Below, piece by piece: positions 1 to 10,236 of a DNA stretch of 64,000 nt. The translations under genes and the position numbers were made by a program. The DNA is taken from assembly GCA_910585795.1 (NCBI GenBank), contig CAJUFV010000171.1:8501-72500 (forward strand), written 5' to 3'. Under the pieces are notes generated by a model, which saw only the letters and a program-made list of their open reading frames with translations, was not told where the DNA came from and did not search any database. This DNA comes from an uncultured Clostridia bacterium. Lineage in GTDB: Bacteria > Bacillota > Clostridia > UBA1381. Numbering within the stretch: the first letter of the stretch is position 1; the number at the start of each line of letters is the position of its first letter.

Positions 1-215
1 TCCGTCCGGAGGACATTAAGCTTGTAAAACCGGACGAAGCGCAAATTTCCGGAGTAGTGCAGTCAGTCACCTTTAAAGGCGTTCACTATGAGATGCTTAT
101 AGAAGCGTATGACCACAACTGGCTTGTACATTCTACTAAAGCAGCCGTAGCCGGTTCTACTGTGGGCCTCACCTTTGACCCATACGATATACATATAATG
201 AACAAAATGATATAA
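1..215 (+). CDS. potA: Spermidine/putrescine ABC transporter ATPase PotA, C-terminal fragment (5' end outside window)
   Basis: Frame 3 reads ...RPEDIKLVKPDEAQISGVVQSVTFKGVHYEMLIEAYDHNWLVHSTKAAVAGSTVGLTFDPYDIHIMNKMI with stop TAA at 213-215. It resembles the C-terminal regulatory domain of PotA-type ATPases. potB-potC-potD follow 15 nt downstream. Confidence 0.7.
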   Translation, partial: RPEDIKLVKPDEAQISGVVQSVTFKGVHYEMLIEAYDHNWLVHSTKAAVAGSTVGLTFDPYDIHIMNKMI

Positions 216-229
216 GGGGGGGTGACAAT

Positions 230-1036
230 ATGAGAAAATTAATTTCTGCCCCCTATCTGCTATGGATGGCAGTATTTATTATTGTGCCGCTTGTAATGGT
301 GGCTTATTTCGCTGTCACAACCGCTGACGGCCATTTTACCCTTGATTATCTTGCGGCAGTATCGCAGTATTCAAATATATTTATACGCTCAATATGGCTT
401 GCGGCAATCGCAACGGTGATATGTCTTATCATAGCGTATCCGCTTGCGCTTATACTTGCACGCATGGATAAAAGCTACCAAAGTACTGTACTTATGATTG
501 TAATGCTTCCAATGTGGATGAACTTTCTTTTAAGGACATATGCATGGATGACTATTCTGGGCAACAACGGTATTATAAACAGCTTTTTGGAGCTTTTCGG
601 CCTTGGCCCGTTTAAAATGCTTAACACACAGGGCGCTGTAGTTCTCGGCATGGTCTATAATTACCTGCCGTATATGATTCTGCCGCTTTATAATGTGCTC
701 GCGAAGCTTGATAAAAGCATCATTGAAGCCGCTCAGGATTTAGGCTGCAATAACGCGAAAACACTGATAAAGGTAACACTTCCGCTAAGCATGCCCGGAA
801 TCATGTCTGGTATAACAATGGTATTCGTACCCGCAATCAGTACATTTATCATATCACGAATGCTTGGAGGAGGCTCTAATCTGCTCATCGGTGACCTGAT
901 TGAAATGCAGTTTCTCGGAACTTCATATAATCCGAACCTCGGAGCGGCAATCTCACTTGTACTCATGGTAATTATACTGCTTATTATGACAATTCTTAAT
1001 CAGTTCGACGAAGATGACGACAGAGTTCTCATGTAG
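230..1036 (+). CDS. potB: Spermidine/putrescine ABC transporter permease PotB
   Basis: 268-aa polytopic membrane protein carrying the ABC permease EAA-type motif (IEAAQDLGCNNAKTLIKVTLPLSMPG). RBS GGGGGG/GTGA lies upstream. It sits in a potABCD arrangement. Confidence 0.9.
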   Translation: MRKLISAPYLLWMAVFIIVPLVMVAYFAVTTADGHFTLDYLAAVSQYSNIFIRSIWLAAIATVICLIIAYPLALILARMDKSYQSTVLMIVMLPMWMNFLLRTYAWMTILGNNGIINSFLELFGLGPFKMLNTQGAVVLGMVYNYLPYMILPLYNVLAKLDKSIIEAAQDLGCNNAKTLIKVTLPLSMPGIMSGITMVFVPAISTFIISRMLGGGSNLLIGDLIEMQFLGTSYNPNLGAAISLVLMVIILLIMTILNQFDEDDDRVLM

Positions 1037-1113
1037 AAAGAAGCAGCTTAAAAGCACAGTACATACTCTGCTTTAATTATGAGATATTACCGTAGAAAGG
1101 ACGTGGGATTAAA

Positions 1114-1908
1114 TTGAAAAAAATATCAAAAATATATTTATCACTTGTAATGCTGTTTCTGTATATGCCGATTGTTGTGCTTGTCATATTCTCATTTAAC
1201 GTGTCAAAAAGTCATTCGGTCTTTTCAGGCTTCACACTGGACTGGTATATAAAACTATTTCATAATGAAATCATTATGAAATCACTTTTACATACAATTA
1301 TTGTTGCCGCGGCGGCGTCTATAGCCGCAACAGTACTTGGTACCGCAGCGGCAATAGGAATAAACAAAATGAAAAAGCTGCCTAAAATGATTATTATGCA
1401 GGGAACAAATATACCTATTATCAATCCTGAAATTGTAACAGGTGTTTCACTTATGCTGCTGTTTGTATTTTTCGCGGCAAGGATGAATTTTGAATTTGGA
1501 TTTATAACTCTCATCATAGCTCATATCACTTTTAATGTGCCTTACGTTATACTGAATATAATGCCAAAATTCAGACAGATGAATCCTAACATTTACGAGG
1601 CCGCACAGGATTTGGGCTGTAATCCTGTCTCAGCATTTTTCAAGGTGATTCTGCCGGAAATCATGCCGGGCGTCGTATCAGGCTTTCTGATGTCATTTAC
1701 CTTTTCGCTGGATGATTTTGTTATCAGTTATTTTACCAGCGGCGCGACATCGCAGACGCTTCCAATAACTATTTATTCAATGACAAGGCGCAAGGTGAGT
1801 CCGGAAATAAACGCGCTTTCAACAATTATATTTATTGTTGTGCTTATCGTTCTTATTGTAAAAAATATAATAGAGCGCAGAAGCGCTGTAAAGCGGGGTG
1901 TTAAATGA
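1114..1908 (+). CDS. potC: Spermidine/putrescine ABC transporter permease PotC (TTG start)
   Basis: 264-aa membrane protein with the EAA motif (YEAAQDLGCNPVSAFFKVILPEIMPG). RBS GAAAGGACGTGGG lies upstream of TTG 1114. The stop overlaps the potD start (ATGATG at 1905). Confidence 0.9.
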   Translation: MKKISKIYLSLVMLFLYMPIVVLVIFSFNVSKSHSVFSGFTLDWYIKLFHNEIIMKSLLHTIIVAAAASIAATVLGTAAAIGINKMKKLPKMIIMQGTNIPIINPEIVTGVSLMLLFVFFAARMNFEFGFITLIIAHITFNVPYVILNIMPKFRQMNPNIYEAAQDLGCNPVSAFFKVILPEIMPGVVSGFLMSFTFSLDDFVISYFTSGATSQTLPITIYSMTRRKVSPEINALSTIIFIVVLIVLIVKNIIERRSAVKRGVK

Positions 1909-3170
1909 TGAAAAAAATGTTAATTGTCCTGACCGCGCTTACGGCAGTATTCATCTGCGGCTGTTCGCATATTGAAGAATACGCAGAAAACACAGAAACA
2001 TCAAATAGTGTTGAAATAACCTCTGTCAATGTTGAAAATCCTGATTACTACTCACGCTTTAACGGGCAGGATATTTCCATTAACGTATACAATTGGGGAG
2101 AATATATGCCGGATGGCAGTGAAGAAGGTGTTTTAAATCTAAACTCTGAATTTACAAAGCTCACAGGAATTAAAGTAAATTACAGTACCTATGCTACAAA
2201 TGAGGAATTATACGCAAAGCTAAAGGGCGGCGGTTCTACCTATGACATTATCATTCCTTCTGACTACATGATTTCAAGAATGATTAAAGAGGATATGCTT
2301 GAACCGCTTAATATGTCTGACATACCAAATTTTAAAAATATTATGGAAAAGTTCCGCAATCCGGAATATGACCCAAACTCAATGTATTCTGTTCCTTATA
2401 CATGGGGAACCGTAGGAATTATTTATGACAGCACAGTTGTAGATGAAAATGAAATAGGCTGGGACATTCTTTGGAATGAGGATTACGCCGGAAACATACT
2501 CATGTTTGACAATCCCCGCGACGCATTTGCCATTGCTGAAAATATGCTTGGATATTCACTTAATACGGAAAACACTGAAGAGCTTACTAAGGCAGCTCAG
2601 AAGCTCAAGGAGCAGAAAAAAGTCGTTCAGGCATATGTCATGGATGAAATTTTTGACAAGATGGGAGCAGGTGAAGCCATTATAGCGCCTTATTACGCGG
2701 GAGACGCTATTACACTTATGGATGAATTTGAGGAGCTCGCTTTTGTCATTCCGGAAAGCGGCACCAATTTGTTTATAGACGCGGTTTGTATTCCGAAAGG
2801 CTGCCGAAATAAAGATGCGGCTCAAATGTATATAAACTTCCTGTGTGAAAAAGACACCGCATATGCTGTAACCGATTTCATAGGCTATTCCACACCCAAT
2901 CAGAAAGCATATGAAATGCTCCCGGAAGAGGTGAAACACGATGGTATTTCATATCCTGACGATGATTTTATAGAAAAGAAAACCACAATTTTCCGTAACC
3001 TATCCGATGAAGCAAATCTTAAAATGCAGACATTGTGGACTGAAATGAAATCCTCTGAGGAACAGACCCCTAATCGTGTAATTGTTCCGGCATTTATGTC
3101 AATTTGTATCATCGCTTCTCTATTGATATTGATACAGCGGTATATAAAAAAGAAAAAAGATATGTTTTAA
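1905..3170 (+). CDS. potD: Spermidine/putrescine-binding lipoprotein PotD with an extra C-terminal transmembrane segment
   Basis: The N-terminus has a signal peptide plus lipobox-like VFICGC. The body resembles PotD/PotF family binding proteins (YNWGEYM..., PYTWGTVGIIY). The C-terminus carries a hydrophobic helix followed by a basic tail (VIVPAFMSICIIASLLILIQRYIKKKKDMF). Confidence 0.85.
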   Translation: MMKKMLIVLTALTAVFICGCSHIEEYAENTETSNSVEITSVNVENPDYYSRFNGQDISINVYNWGEYMPDGSEEGVLNLNSEFTKLTGIKVNYSTYATNEELYAKLKGGGSTYDIIIPSDYMISRMIKEDMLEPLNMSDIPNFKNIMEKFRNPEYDPNSMYSVPYTWGTVGIIYDSTVVDENEIGWDILWNEDYAGNILMFDNPRDAFAIAENMLGYSLNTENTEELTKAAQKLKEQKKVVQAYVMDEIFDKMGAGEAIIAPYYAGDAITLMDEFEELAFVIPESGTNLFIDAVCIPKGCRNKDAAQMYINFLCEKDTAYAVTDFIGYSTPNQKAYEMLPEEVKHDGISYPDDDFIEKKTTIFRNLSDEANLKMQTLWTEMKSSEEQTPNRVIVPAFMSICIIASLLILIQRYIKKKKDMF

Positions 3171-3250
3171 TATAATAAAAGGCTGTTCACAATAGACACA
3201 GTTAAAACATCAAACTGTTTATCTGTATAACTATATCAATTTTAAATATA

Positions 3251-3283
3251 AAAAAACCGATAGAATAAAATCTATCGGTTTTT
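3251..3283. terminator. Bidirectional Rho-independent terminator between potD and the convergent membrane-protein gene
   Basis: Perfect 8-bp stem ccgataga (3257-3264) / tctatcgg (3271-3278) with a 6-nt loop. It is flanked by an A6 run on the left and a T5 run on the right. Confidence 0.65.
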
Positions 3284-3331
3284 CTATCTTAACCGTATCC
3301 GCCAAAAACAGCATTTTTATCATATAACCCT

Positions 3332-4114
3332 TTAAAGCTTTGTACCGCATTTAGTGCAAAACTTTTTGTCCGAATTATTATTAAATCCGCACTGCGGACA
3401 TGTGACTGATTCTCCGTCAGATATAGAGCCGGCAGCACTTACTGTATATGAATATGACGAAGACACAGGCTTTTTCGCATATTCATAAAAACCCGCCCGC
3501 ACAAGTCCAAGGAACAGCGGGGCAAATACACTATACGCAATTGACAGTATAACAGAAATAACTGTAAATATAACACCCGCAAACGGAATTAGCGCAAGCA
3601 GAGCAAGAATAAAACTAATTACCATATACGCGGCCGGAATAATAATACTCGCACAAAACATATTCAGCTTATAGCCCTTTGTGTCAATCATTGACTTTCT
3701 AAGCGCTTCTGTCGCATTCACATTAGGCTCACGCATTAAGATATAAGGCGTAAACGCATACGAATAACTCTTTATCACCGCAATAACAGGTCCCGCTATG
3801 GGAACAAGGAACCACAATAAAATCCACAAAGACTTCCAGCACATACCGCCGGCAACATGCGGAAATTTTTTAAAGCCTTCAAAAAGCTGGTCAGAATAGA
3901 CCTCTCTGCCGTTATAGCCGTCAAGATAAATAACCGCCAAGCCGGCGTTTATTGCGGCAATAACAGGTATTGTTATAATCGGCAAAACACCAAAAATAAG
4001 AATAATTATTGTCAGGAATCCGCCCAATAATGAAAGTCCCCAAAGCCGAAGCGGCTTATTTTTAAGAATATTAAACGACCGTCTGTAAATACTTTTTATC
4101 ATAATAATTTCCAT
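3332..4114 (-). CDS. Polytopic membrane protein (DUF975-like) with C-terminal zinc-ribbon
   Basis: Several predicted TM helices. The C-terminus has CPQCGFNNNSDKKFCTKCGTKL (CxxC-N10-CxxC zinc ribbon). The start is uncertain: GTG 4129, ATG 4114 or ATG 4102. Confidence 0.6.
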   Translation of the reverse strand: MEIIMIKSIYRRSFNILKNKPLRLWGLSLLGGFLTIIILIFGVLPIITIPVIAAINAGLAVIYLDGYNGREVYSDQLFEGFKKFPHVAGGMCWKSLWILLWFLVPIAGPVIAVIKSYSYAFTPYILMREPNVNATEALRKSMIDTKGYKLNMFCASIIIPAAYMVISFILALLALIPFAGVIFTVISVILSIAYSVFAPLFLGLVRAGFYEYAKKPVSSSYSYTVSAAGSISDGESVTCPQCGFNNNSDKKFCTKCGTKL

Positions 4115-4287
4115 AGCCTTTCTGCCCACAAATAGTAATTAAAAATCTTAACCATTCCTGCCTGTGGGCTGACAAGGCGTTAAATGGAAATTATGTCCAT
4201 GCGCGTTCGCCGTAAGCGAAAAATCACACGGGCAATTAAATTAGTTAACGTGATTTAGCACGTTAATACCTCACTGTTAGTATATAA

Positions 4288-4980
4288 TTATTTTCCCTGT
4301 CCGTAATACGCGTTTGCTCCGTGCTTTCTGTAATAATGCTTATCCTGAAGCTCCCGCGGAGCGGGCTTTACATTCGGATTTATTGCCTCTGTATGCACTG
4401 CCATCTTTGCCACCTCTTCAAGAACCACCGCGTTATGCACAGCGTCTATACCGTCTTTTCCCCATGTAAACGGCCCGTGATTTTTACACAGCACCGCCGG
4501 AACAGCCTCATAATCTTTATCTTTAAAGAAATCAGCTATTAATACACCTGTATTTTTTTCATAACCGCTGTCAATTTCTTCTTGTGTCAGATTCCTGACA
4601 CATGGAATTTCACCATACATATAGTCGGCATGTGTTGTGCCATAGCACGGAATACCTCGTCCGGCCTGCGCCCAGCTTGTCGCCCACGGTGAATGAGTAT
4701 GCACAATACCGCCTATATTCAAAAAAGCCCTGTATAGCTCCGCATGTGTCGCTGTATCTGACGAAGGATTATACTCACCCTCAATTTTATCGCCGTTAAG
4801 GTCAACGATAACCATATCCTCCGGCCTTAGCTTGTCATAGTCAACTCCCGACGGCTTAATTGCGAAATATCCTGTCTCTCTGTCAATCTCACTGACATTT
4901 CCCCATGTAAACGTCACTAATCCGTGTTTTGGAAGCTGCATATTTGCCTCGTAAACTCTTTTTTTCAGTTCTTCTAACAT
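4288..4980 (-). CDS. araD: L-ribulose-5-phosphate 4-epimerase
   Basis: 230 aa from the class II aldolase/adducin family with typical AraD blocks ([50 protein letters not shown]). Confidence 0.9.
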   Translation of the reverse strand: MLEELKKRVYEANMQLPKHGLVTFTWGNVSEIDRETGYFAIKPSGVDYDKLRPEDMVIVDLNGDKIEGEYNPSSDTATHAELYRAFLNIGGIVHTHSPWATSWAQAGRGIPCYGTTHADYMYGEIPCVRNLTQEEIDSGYEKNTGVLIADFFKDKDYEAVPAVLCKNHGPFTWGKDGIDAVHNAVVLEEVAKMAVHTEAINPNVKPAPRELQDKHYYRKHGANAYYGQGK

Positions 4981-5001
4981 ATTAATAATCTCCCTTGTTT
5001 A

Positions 5002-6594
5002 TTACTTCATATTTTCAACTGCCGCTTTTTCGATAGGCAAGCCGCATGCGTAACGCTCCGCAAAGACATTAAAGCCGTCAACATCAGCCTTATCAGGCTT
5101 AATAGAATATACCTCTCCTTTTGCGAACACCTTGCTGTCAAGAAAATCCATAAGCGTTTCTCCGTCGGATTTTGTAAGCATATATGACGCGAGAAGCGCG
5201 ATACCCCACGCTCCGCCCTCGCCTGCTGTTTCCATCAATGAAACAGGCGTATTTATAGCTGCCGCCATAAATTTCTGGCCGACGTCCTTAGTTTTAAACA
5301 ACCCCCCGTGACCAAACATTCTGTCAATTTTTACATCCTCTTCCGAAAGAATATCCATACCCAGCTTAAGAGTACCCAGTGACGAATACAGATGCGTACG
5401 CATCATATTAGCAAGATTAAATTTACTGTCCGGAGTACGTACAAATAACGGTCTGCCTTCGGATAGTCCTGTTATATTCTCTCCTGAGAAATAATTATAG
5501 GAAAGAAGTCCGCCGCAGTCAGCGTCACCCTCCAGCGCCTTGAAATAGAGTGTATCATACAGCTTTGGCGTGCTTATATCAACGCCCAGCTCCTCGGCAA
5601 ACTCACGGAATATACCAACCCACGCATTAATATCCGAAGTACAGTTGTTTACATGCACCATAGCGACATCGTCTCCTACAGGAGTTGTTACAATATCAAT
5701 TTCAGGATACGCGTTTTTAAGAGGCTTTTCAAGAACAACCATAGCAAACACAGAGGTACCGGCAGACACATTGCCCGTACGCTTTGTAATACTGTTTGTT
5801 GCTGCCATACCTGTTCCCGCGTCGCCCTCCGGCGGACAAAGAGGGATTCCGCTTCTAAGCTTACCCGAAGCATCAAGCAGCTTCGCTCCCTCCTCCGATA
5901 AATTACCGGCATTGTCTCCCGCGACAAGCACTTTAGGGAGAATATCATAAATACTCCACGGATATTTTTTGACAGAATCAATAGCATTAAATTTATCAAG
6001 CATTTGTTTGTTATAGTCTTTTATACCGCTGTCTATCGGAAACATACCCGAAGCCTCTCCGATACCAAGAACAAACCTGCCCGTTAGCTTCCAGTGTATA
6101 TATCCGGCAAGAGTTGTCAGATATTTAATATCGCGGACATGCTTCTCACCGTTTAAGACTGCCTGATAAAGATGAGCAATACTCCAGCGTTCAGGAATAT
6201 TAAAATTAAACAGCTCTGTAAGCTCCTCCGCGGCTTTTCCAGTTATACTATTTCTCCATGTACGAAACGGAACAAGCAGCTCTCCGTTTTTATCAAACGC
6301 CATGTAGCCGTGCATCATTGCGCTGAAGCCTATCGCGCCGATTGATGTGATTTCCGCGCCGTATTTTTCTTTTACGTCCCTTGTCATATCACTGTAGCAA
6401 TCCTGAAGCCCTGTCCATATATCGTCTAAAGTATATGTCCATATACCGTCTGTAAGACGGTTTTCCCAGTCATGACTGCCGGACGCTAAAGGATTATTGT
6501 TTTCATCAATAAGTACAGCCTTTATACGAGTTGAGCCAAACTCAATCCCCAGCACAGTTTTTCCGTCTTCAATCGCCTGTTTTATGTTTTCCAT
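5002..6594 (-). CDS. FGGY-family sugar kinase, likely the clostridial-type ribulokinase (AraK-like)
   Basis: FGGY N- and C-domains ([15 protein letters not shown]..., GGLFKT). It lies immediately upstream of araD in the same operon. I chose the start at MENIKQ because of the strong RBS AAGGAGG 6 nt upstream. The longer ORF to 6654 has no RBS. Confidence 0.75.
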   Translation of the reverse strand: MENIKQAIEDGKTVLGIEFGSTRIKAVLIDENNNPLASGSHDWENRLTDGIWTYTLDDIWTGLQDCYSDMTRDVKEKYGAEITSIGAIGFSAMMHGYMAFDKNGELLVPFRTWRNSITGKAAEELTELFNFNIPERWSIAHLYQAVLNGEKHVRDIKYLTTLAGYIHWKLTGRFVLGIGEASGMFPIDSGIKDYNKQMLDKFNAIDSVKKYPWSIYDILPKVLVAGDNAGNLSEEGAKLLDASGKLRSGIPLCPPEGDAGTGMAATNSITKRTGNVSAGTSVFAMVVLEKPLKNAYPEIDIVTTPVGDDVAMVHVNNCTSDINAWVGIFREFAEELGVDISTPKLYDTLYFKALEGDADCGGLLSYNYFSGENITGLSEGRPLFVRTPDSKFNLANMMRTHLYSSLGTLKLGMDILSEEDVKIDRMFGHGGLFKTKDVGQKFMAAAINTPVSLMETAGEGGAWGIALLASYMLTKSDGETLMDFLDSKVFAKGEVYSIKPDKADVDGFNVFAERYACGLPIEKAAVENMK

Positions 6595-6680
6595 AATATC
6601 CTCCTTAATAATTAATATTTCTTTAAATTCACTACAGTTATACCAATTTACCAAATCTTACTTAATTGTCCTTATTTTTT

Positions 6681-6708
6681 ATTATAACATTTTTACGGAA
6701 TTTAGCAA
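6681..6708 (-). promoter_or_regulatory. Candidate sigma-A promoter for the kinase-araD operon
   Basis: The minus strand reads TTGCTA-N16-TATAAT. On plus-strand coordinates the -35 is 6703-6708 and the -10 is 6681-6686. Confidence 0.5.
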
Positions 6709-6781
6709 TATAAAATAAAAAAAATATTAAATTAATTTATTCCGTGCCTGACTCCGGCAGAGCAAAATTATTTCGCGTATC

Positions 6782-6810
6782 TTGACATAGCAATGGATTT
6801 TTTATATAAT
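6782..6810 (+). promoter_or_regulatory. Consensus sigma-A promoter for alaS
   Basis: TTGACA (6782-6787), exactly 17 nt, then TATAAT (6805-6810). The leader is only about 40 nt, so there is no room for a T-box. Confidence 0.65.
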
Positions 6811-6853
6811 AATAGGAAGAATTAACAATTGAACGAAGGAGATTAAATAAATT

Positions 6854-9496
6854 ATGAAACCGATGGGTATAAATGAAATACGAGAAAAATTTCTCAGCTT
6901 TTTTGAATCGAAAAGCTGTTTAAGACTTGACAGCTTTCCTCTTATTCCGAAAAATGACGCAAGTCTGCTGCTTATAAATTCAGGCATGGCTCCCATGAAG
7001 CCATGGTTCCAGAACCCTGAAACCGCACCGAAAAGACGTGTTACCACCTGTCAGAAATGCATAAGAACCGGCGATATTGAAAACGTGGGAAAAACCGCGC
7101 GCCACGGAACTTTTTTTGAAATGCTGGGCAACTTCTCCTTCGGAGATTATTTCAAGCATGAAGCGACATCATGGGCATGGGAATTCTTTACAAAGGTTAT
7201 GGAAATACCGGAGGAGCGCCTCTGGATTTCCGTTTATGAAGAGGATGATGAGGCGCGCGACATATGGATAAACGAAGTCGGCGTTGACCCGTCCCATATT
7301 GTCAAGCTTGGAAAGAGCGATAATTTCTGGGAGCATGGCACAGGTCCATGCGGTCCTTGCAGCGAGATTTACTATGACCGCGGCGAGGAATACGGCTGCG
7401 GCAGTCCCGACTGCGGCGTTGGCTGTGAATGTGACCGCTTCATGGAAGTCTGGAATCTGGTATTTACGCAGTTCGACAAGGACGAAGACGGTAACTACAA
7501 TCCACTGCCTAATCCAAATATTGATACAGGTATGGGGCTTGAACGTCTTGCGGTTGTTATGCAAAGCGTTGACAATCTGTTTGAGGTTGACACCGTTCAA
7601 GACGTAATGAAGCATATCTGCTCAATAGCGGGACTGGAATACAAAAAGGATGATAAAAAAGATGTTTCACTGCGTGTTATTACTGACCATATCAGAAGCA
7701 CGGTTATGATGGTGTCAGACGGCGTTATTCCGTCCAACGAGGGCAGAGGCTATGTTCTGCGCCGTCTTTTAAGACGCGCGGCTCGTCATGGAAAGCTTCT
7801 TAATATTAACAAACAATTTCTGTTTGAAGTGGCGGACACAGTTATAAACTGCTCAAAAGACGCGTATCCTGAGCTTGAAGAAAAAAGAGATTATATTAAA
7901 AAAATTATACAAAAGGAAGAGGAACGCTTTGACGCTACTATTGACAACGGTCTTGTAGTTCTTAACGGCTATATTGAAGAAGCTAAAAAGGACGGCAGAA
8001 AGAGCCTTACGGGCGATGAAGCCTTCAAGCTGCATGATACCTACGGCTTTCCCCTTGATTTAACAATTGAAATGGCGCAGGAACAAGGACTTGAAGTTGA
8101 CACAGATGGTTTTAACACAGCAATGCAGGAGCAGAAGGAAACAGCAAGAAACGCGAGAGAGGACGGCTCAAGCTGGGACGGCGACGAAGCCTATGTATTT
8201 GAAAACGCTAAACCGACTGTATTTACAGGCTATGACGCGCTTGAAGCCGAAGCAAAAATCACCGGTATCGTTGTTGAGGGTGAGGGCGTTTCACAGGCTA
8301 TATGCACAGAACAAAATGGATTTATAGTAACTGACATAACACCGTTTTACGCGGAAATGGGCGGTCAGACAGGTGACACAGGTATAGTATCTGTAAACGG
8401 AAAAGCCGCGGCGGATATTGTAAACACGACAAAGACAGCCGATGGATATTATATGCATGAAATACATGTGAGCGACGGAGCGTTAAGTGTGGGTGACACA
8501 GTTACGCTTACAGTTGATAAAGCGCGCAGAATGGCGATATGCCGTAATCATACCGCAACACACATTCTTGATAAAGCGTTACGCGAGGTTTTAGGCTCTC
8601 ATGTGGCTCAGGCTGGTTCGCTTGTCGAGGACAACAGACTGCGTTTTGACTTTTCACATTTTGAGGCAATGACTTCTGAACAGATAAAACAAACAGAAGA
8701 GCTTGTCAACAAAAAAATTCTTGAAAGCATTGATGTTACCGTCCGTGAGCTTCCTATTGAGGAAGCTAAAAAGCTTGGCGCGATTGCTCTGTTCGGAGAG
8801 AAATACGGGGATATTGTAAGAGTTGTTTCCATCGGCGATTACAGCGTAGAATTCTGCGGCGGTACACATCTTACCAATTCGGCGCAGTGCGGATTATTCA
8901 AAATCATTTCAGAAAGCGGAGTCGCTGCTGGCACGAGACGTATTGAGGCCGTTACAGGACAAGGAGTACTTGAATATATAAATAACAACGACAGACTTAT
9001 CGCGGAAACCGCTGCCGCTCTTAAAACAAATCAGATACACGAGATTAACAAAAAAGCGGAAAGTCTGTTTATCCAAAACAGAGAGCTTGAAAAACAGATT
9101 GACAGCTTCAAAGAAAAAATGGCTGCCGCAAAGGTAAGCAACATTATGGCCGGTATCAAGCATATTGGCAATATAAATCTTCTTACCGCGCAGGTTGACG
9201 GTATGAGCGCGGACGAGATGAAAACAATGGCGGACAAGGTTAAGGCGGACGTTCAAAACAGTGTTGCCGTTATGGGCTCGCTGACAGACGGCAAAATCAC
9301 GTTTGTAGCAATGGCTTCAAAGGACGCTGTTAAAGCCGGTGTGCACTGCGGAAATATAATTAAGGAAATAACTGCTATTGCCGGCGGACGAGGCGGCGGC
9401 AAGCCTGATATGGCACAAGGCGGCGGAGCAGACGCAAACAAAATTGATGACGCTCTTGCGCGGGTTGATGAAATAGTAGAAGCACAAATAAAATAA
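6854..9496 (+). CDS. alaS: Alanine--tRNA ligase
   Basis: 880-aa full-length AlaRS. It has class II motifs (RHGTFFEMLGNFSFGDYFK), the editing-domain motifs HTATHIL and CGGTH, and a C-terminal DHHA1-type domain (GGRGGGKPDMAQGG). Confidence 0.97.
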   Translation: MKPMGINEIREKFLSFFESKSCLRLDSFPLIPKNDASLLLINSGMAPMKPWFQNPETAPKRRVTTCQKCIRTGDIENVGKTARHGTFFEMLGNFSFGDYFKHEATSWAWEFFTKVMEIPEERLWISVYEEDDEARDIWINEVGVDPSHIVKLGKSDNFWEHGTGPCGPCSEIYYDRGEEYGCGSPDCGVGCECDRFMEVWNLVFTQFDKDEDGNYNPLPNPNIDTGMGLERLAVVMQSVDNLFEVDTVQDVMKHICSIAGLEYKKDDKKDVSLRVITDHIRSTVMMVSDGVIPSNEGRGYVLRRLLRRAARHGKLLNINKQFLFEVADTVINCSKDAYPELEEKRDYIKKIIQKEEERFDATIDNGLVVLNGYIEEAKKDGRKSLTGDEAFKLHDTYGFPLDLTIEMAQEQGLEVDTDGFNTAMQEQKETARNAREDGSSWDGDEAYVFENAKPTVFTGYDALEAEAKITGIVVEGEGVSQAICTEQNGFIVTDITPFYAEMGGQTGDTGIVSVNGKAAADIVNTTKTADGYYMHEIHVSDGALSVGDTVTLTVDKARRMAICRNHTATHILDKALREVLGSHVAQAGSLVEDNRLRFDFSHFEAMTSEQIKQTEELVNKKILESIDVTVRELPIEEAKKLGAIALFGEKYGDIVRVVSIGDYSVEFCGGTHLTNSAQCGLFKIISESGVAAGTRRIEAVTGQGVLEYINNNDRLIAETAAALKTNQIHEINKKAESLFIQNRELEKQIDSFKEKMAAAKVSNIMAGIKHIGNINLLTAQVDGMSADEMKTMADKVKADVQNSVAVMGSLTDGKITFVAMASKDAVKAGVHCGNIIKEITAIAGGRGGGKPDMAQGGGADANKIDDALARVDEIVEAQIK

Positions 9497-9512
9497 TGCT
9501 TTTCCAAATGAA

Positions 9513-9536
9513 AAGGGCTGTCTTGTGACAGCCCTT
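9513..9536 (+). terminator. Hairpin downstream of alaS (terminator-like, no clear U-tract)
   Basis: 10-bp perfect stem aagggctgtc / gacagccctt with loop ttgt, 17 nt after the alaS stop. It is followed by aagcataaaa rather than a T-run. Confidence 0.45.
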
Positions 9537-9856
9537 AAGCATAAAATGTATGATTTCGCGGTTTCTCAGACGCGCATAAGAAACTCGCCGCCCGCCATGC
9601 TTTATGAACTGAGCAGCGCGTAAAAAATACAAGGCTCAGATTAATTGCTAAATAAATCTTGAATCACAACTATATTAATTATAATTTTACATGTGTAAAA
9701 AGCCCGCATTTTTTTACAATAAAATATATGTAAAAAATAGTAACCATATAACATAGTTAAAACAGTCAAACTATTTAAAATTTATTTAGCAGATATATAA
9801 TCACATATTATTACTTAAGTGTAAATAGCTTAATCAAAAATTTAGGAGGAATAAAC

Positions 9857-10192
9857 ATGGATTGTCTGTTTTGTAAAATTATAAGCGGTGAAATTCCGTC
9901 AACAAAGGTATATGAGGATGATATGCTTCTAGCGTTCCTCGACATCAACCCGCAGGCGCCGAAGCATATCGTGATTGTACCTAAAACACATATTCAGAGC
10001 GCAAATGAAATAAACGGGACAAATCTTAAATATGTGGCGGCAATATGGGAAAAAATCCCTCAGCTTGCAAAGGATTTAAGTTTTGCTGAAAATGGCTATA
10101 GAGTAATAAACAACTGCGGCAGCGACGGCGGGCAAACAGTCCCGCATCTGCATTTCCACCTTCTCGGCGGAAAACAGTTTACTGATTTTTAA
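9857..10192 (+). CDS. HIT-family (histidine triad) nucleotide hydrolase
   Basis: 111 aa with CLFCKII at the N-terminus and the histidine triad HLHFHLLGG. RBS AGGAGG lies upstream. Confidence 0.9.
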   Translation: MDCLFCKIISGEIPSTKVYEDDMLLAFLDINPQAPKHIVIVPKTHIQSANEINGTNLKYVAAIWEKIPQLAKDLSFAENGYRVINNCGSDGGQTVPHLHFHLLGGKQFTDF

Positions 10193-10202
10193 TACAGGTA
10201 TT

Positions 10203-10236
10203 AAAAAAGCGGATAAAAATTTTATCCGTTTTTTTT
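10203..10236. terminator. Bidirectional terminator shared by the HIT gene and the convergent radical-SAM gene
   Basis: Stem cggataaa (10210-10217) / tttatccg (10221-10228), with an A6 run before and a T8 run after. The stop codon of the minus-strand gene lies inside the stem. Confidence 0.6.

Noticed and set aside
4245-4266. The palindrome TTAACGTG-N6-CACGTTAA between araD and the downstream membrane-protein gene, which could be an AraR-type operator or a terminator.
   Set aside because: It lies downstream of the ara genes rather than at their promoter. It has only an 8-bp stem with no U-tract on the relevant strand, and I cannot match it confidently to a known operator consensus.
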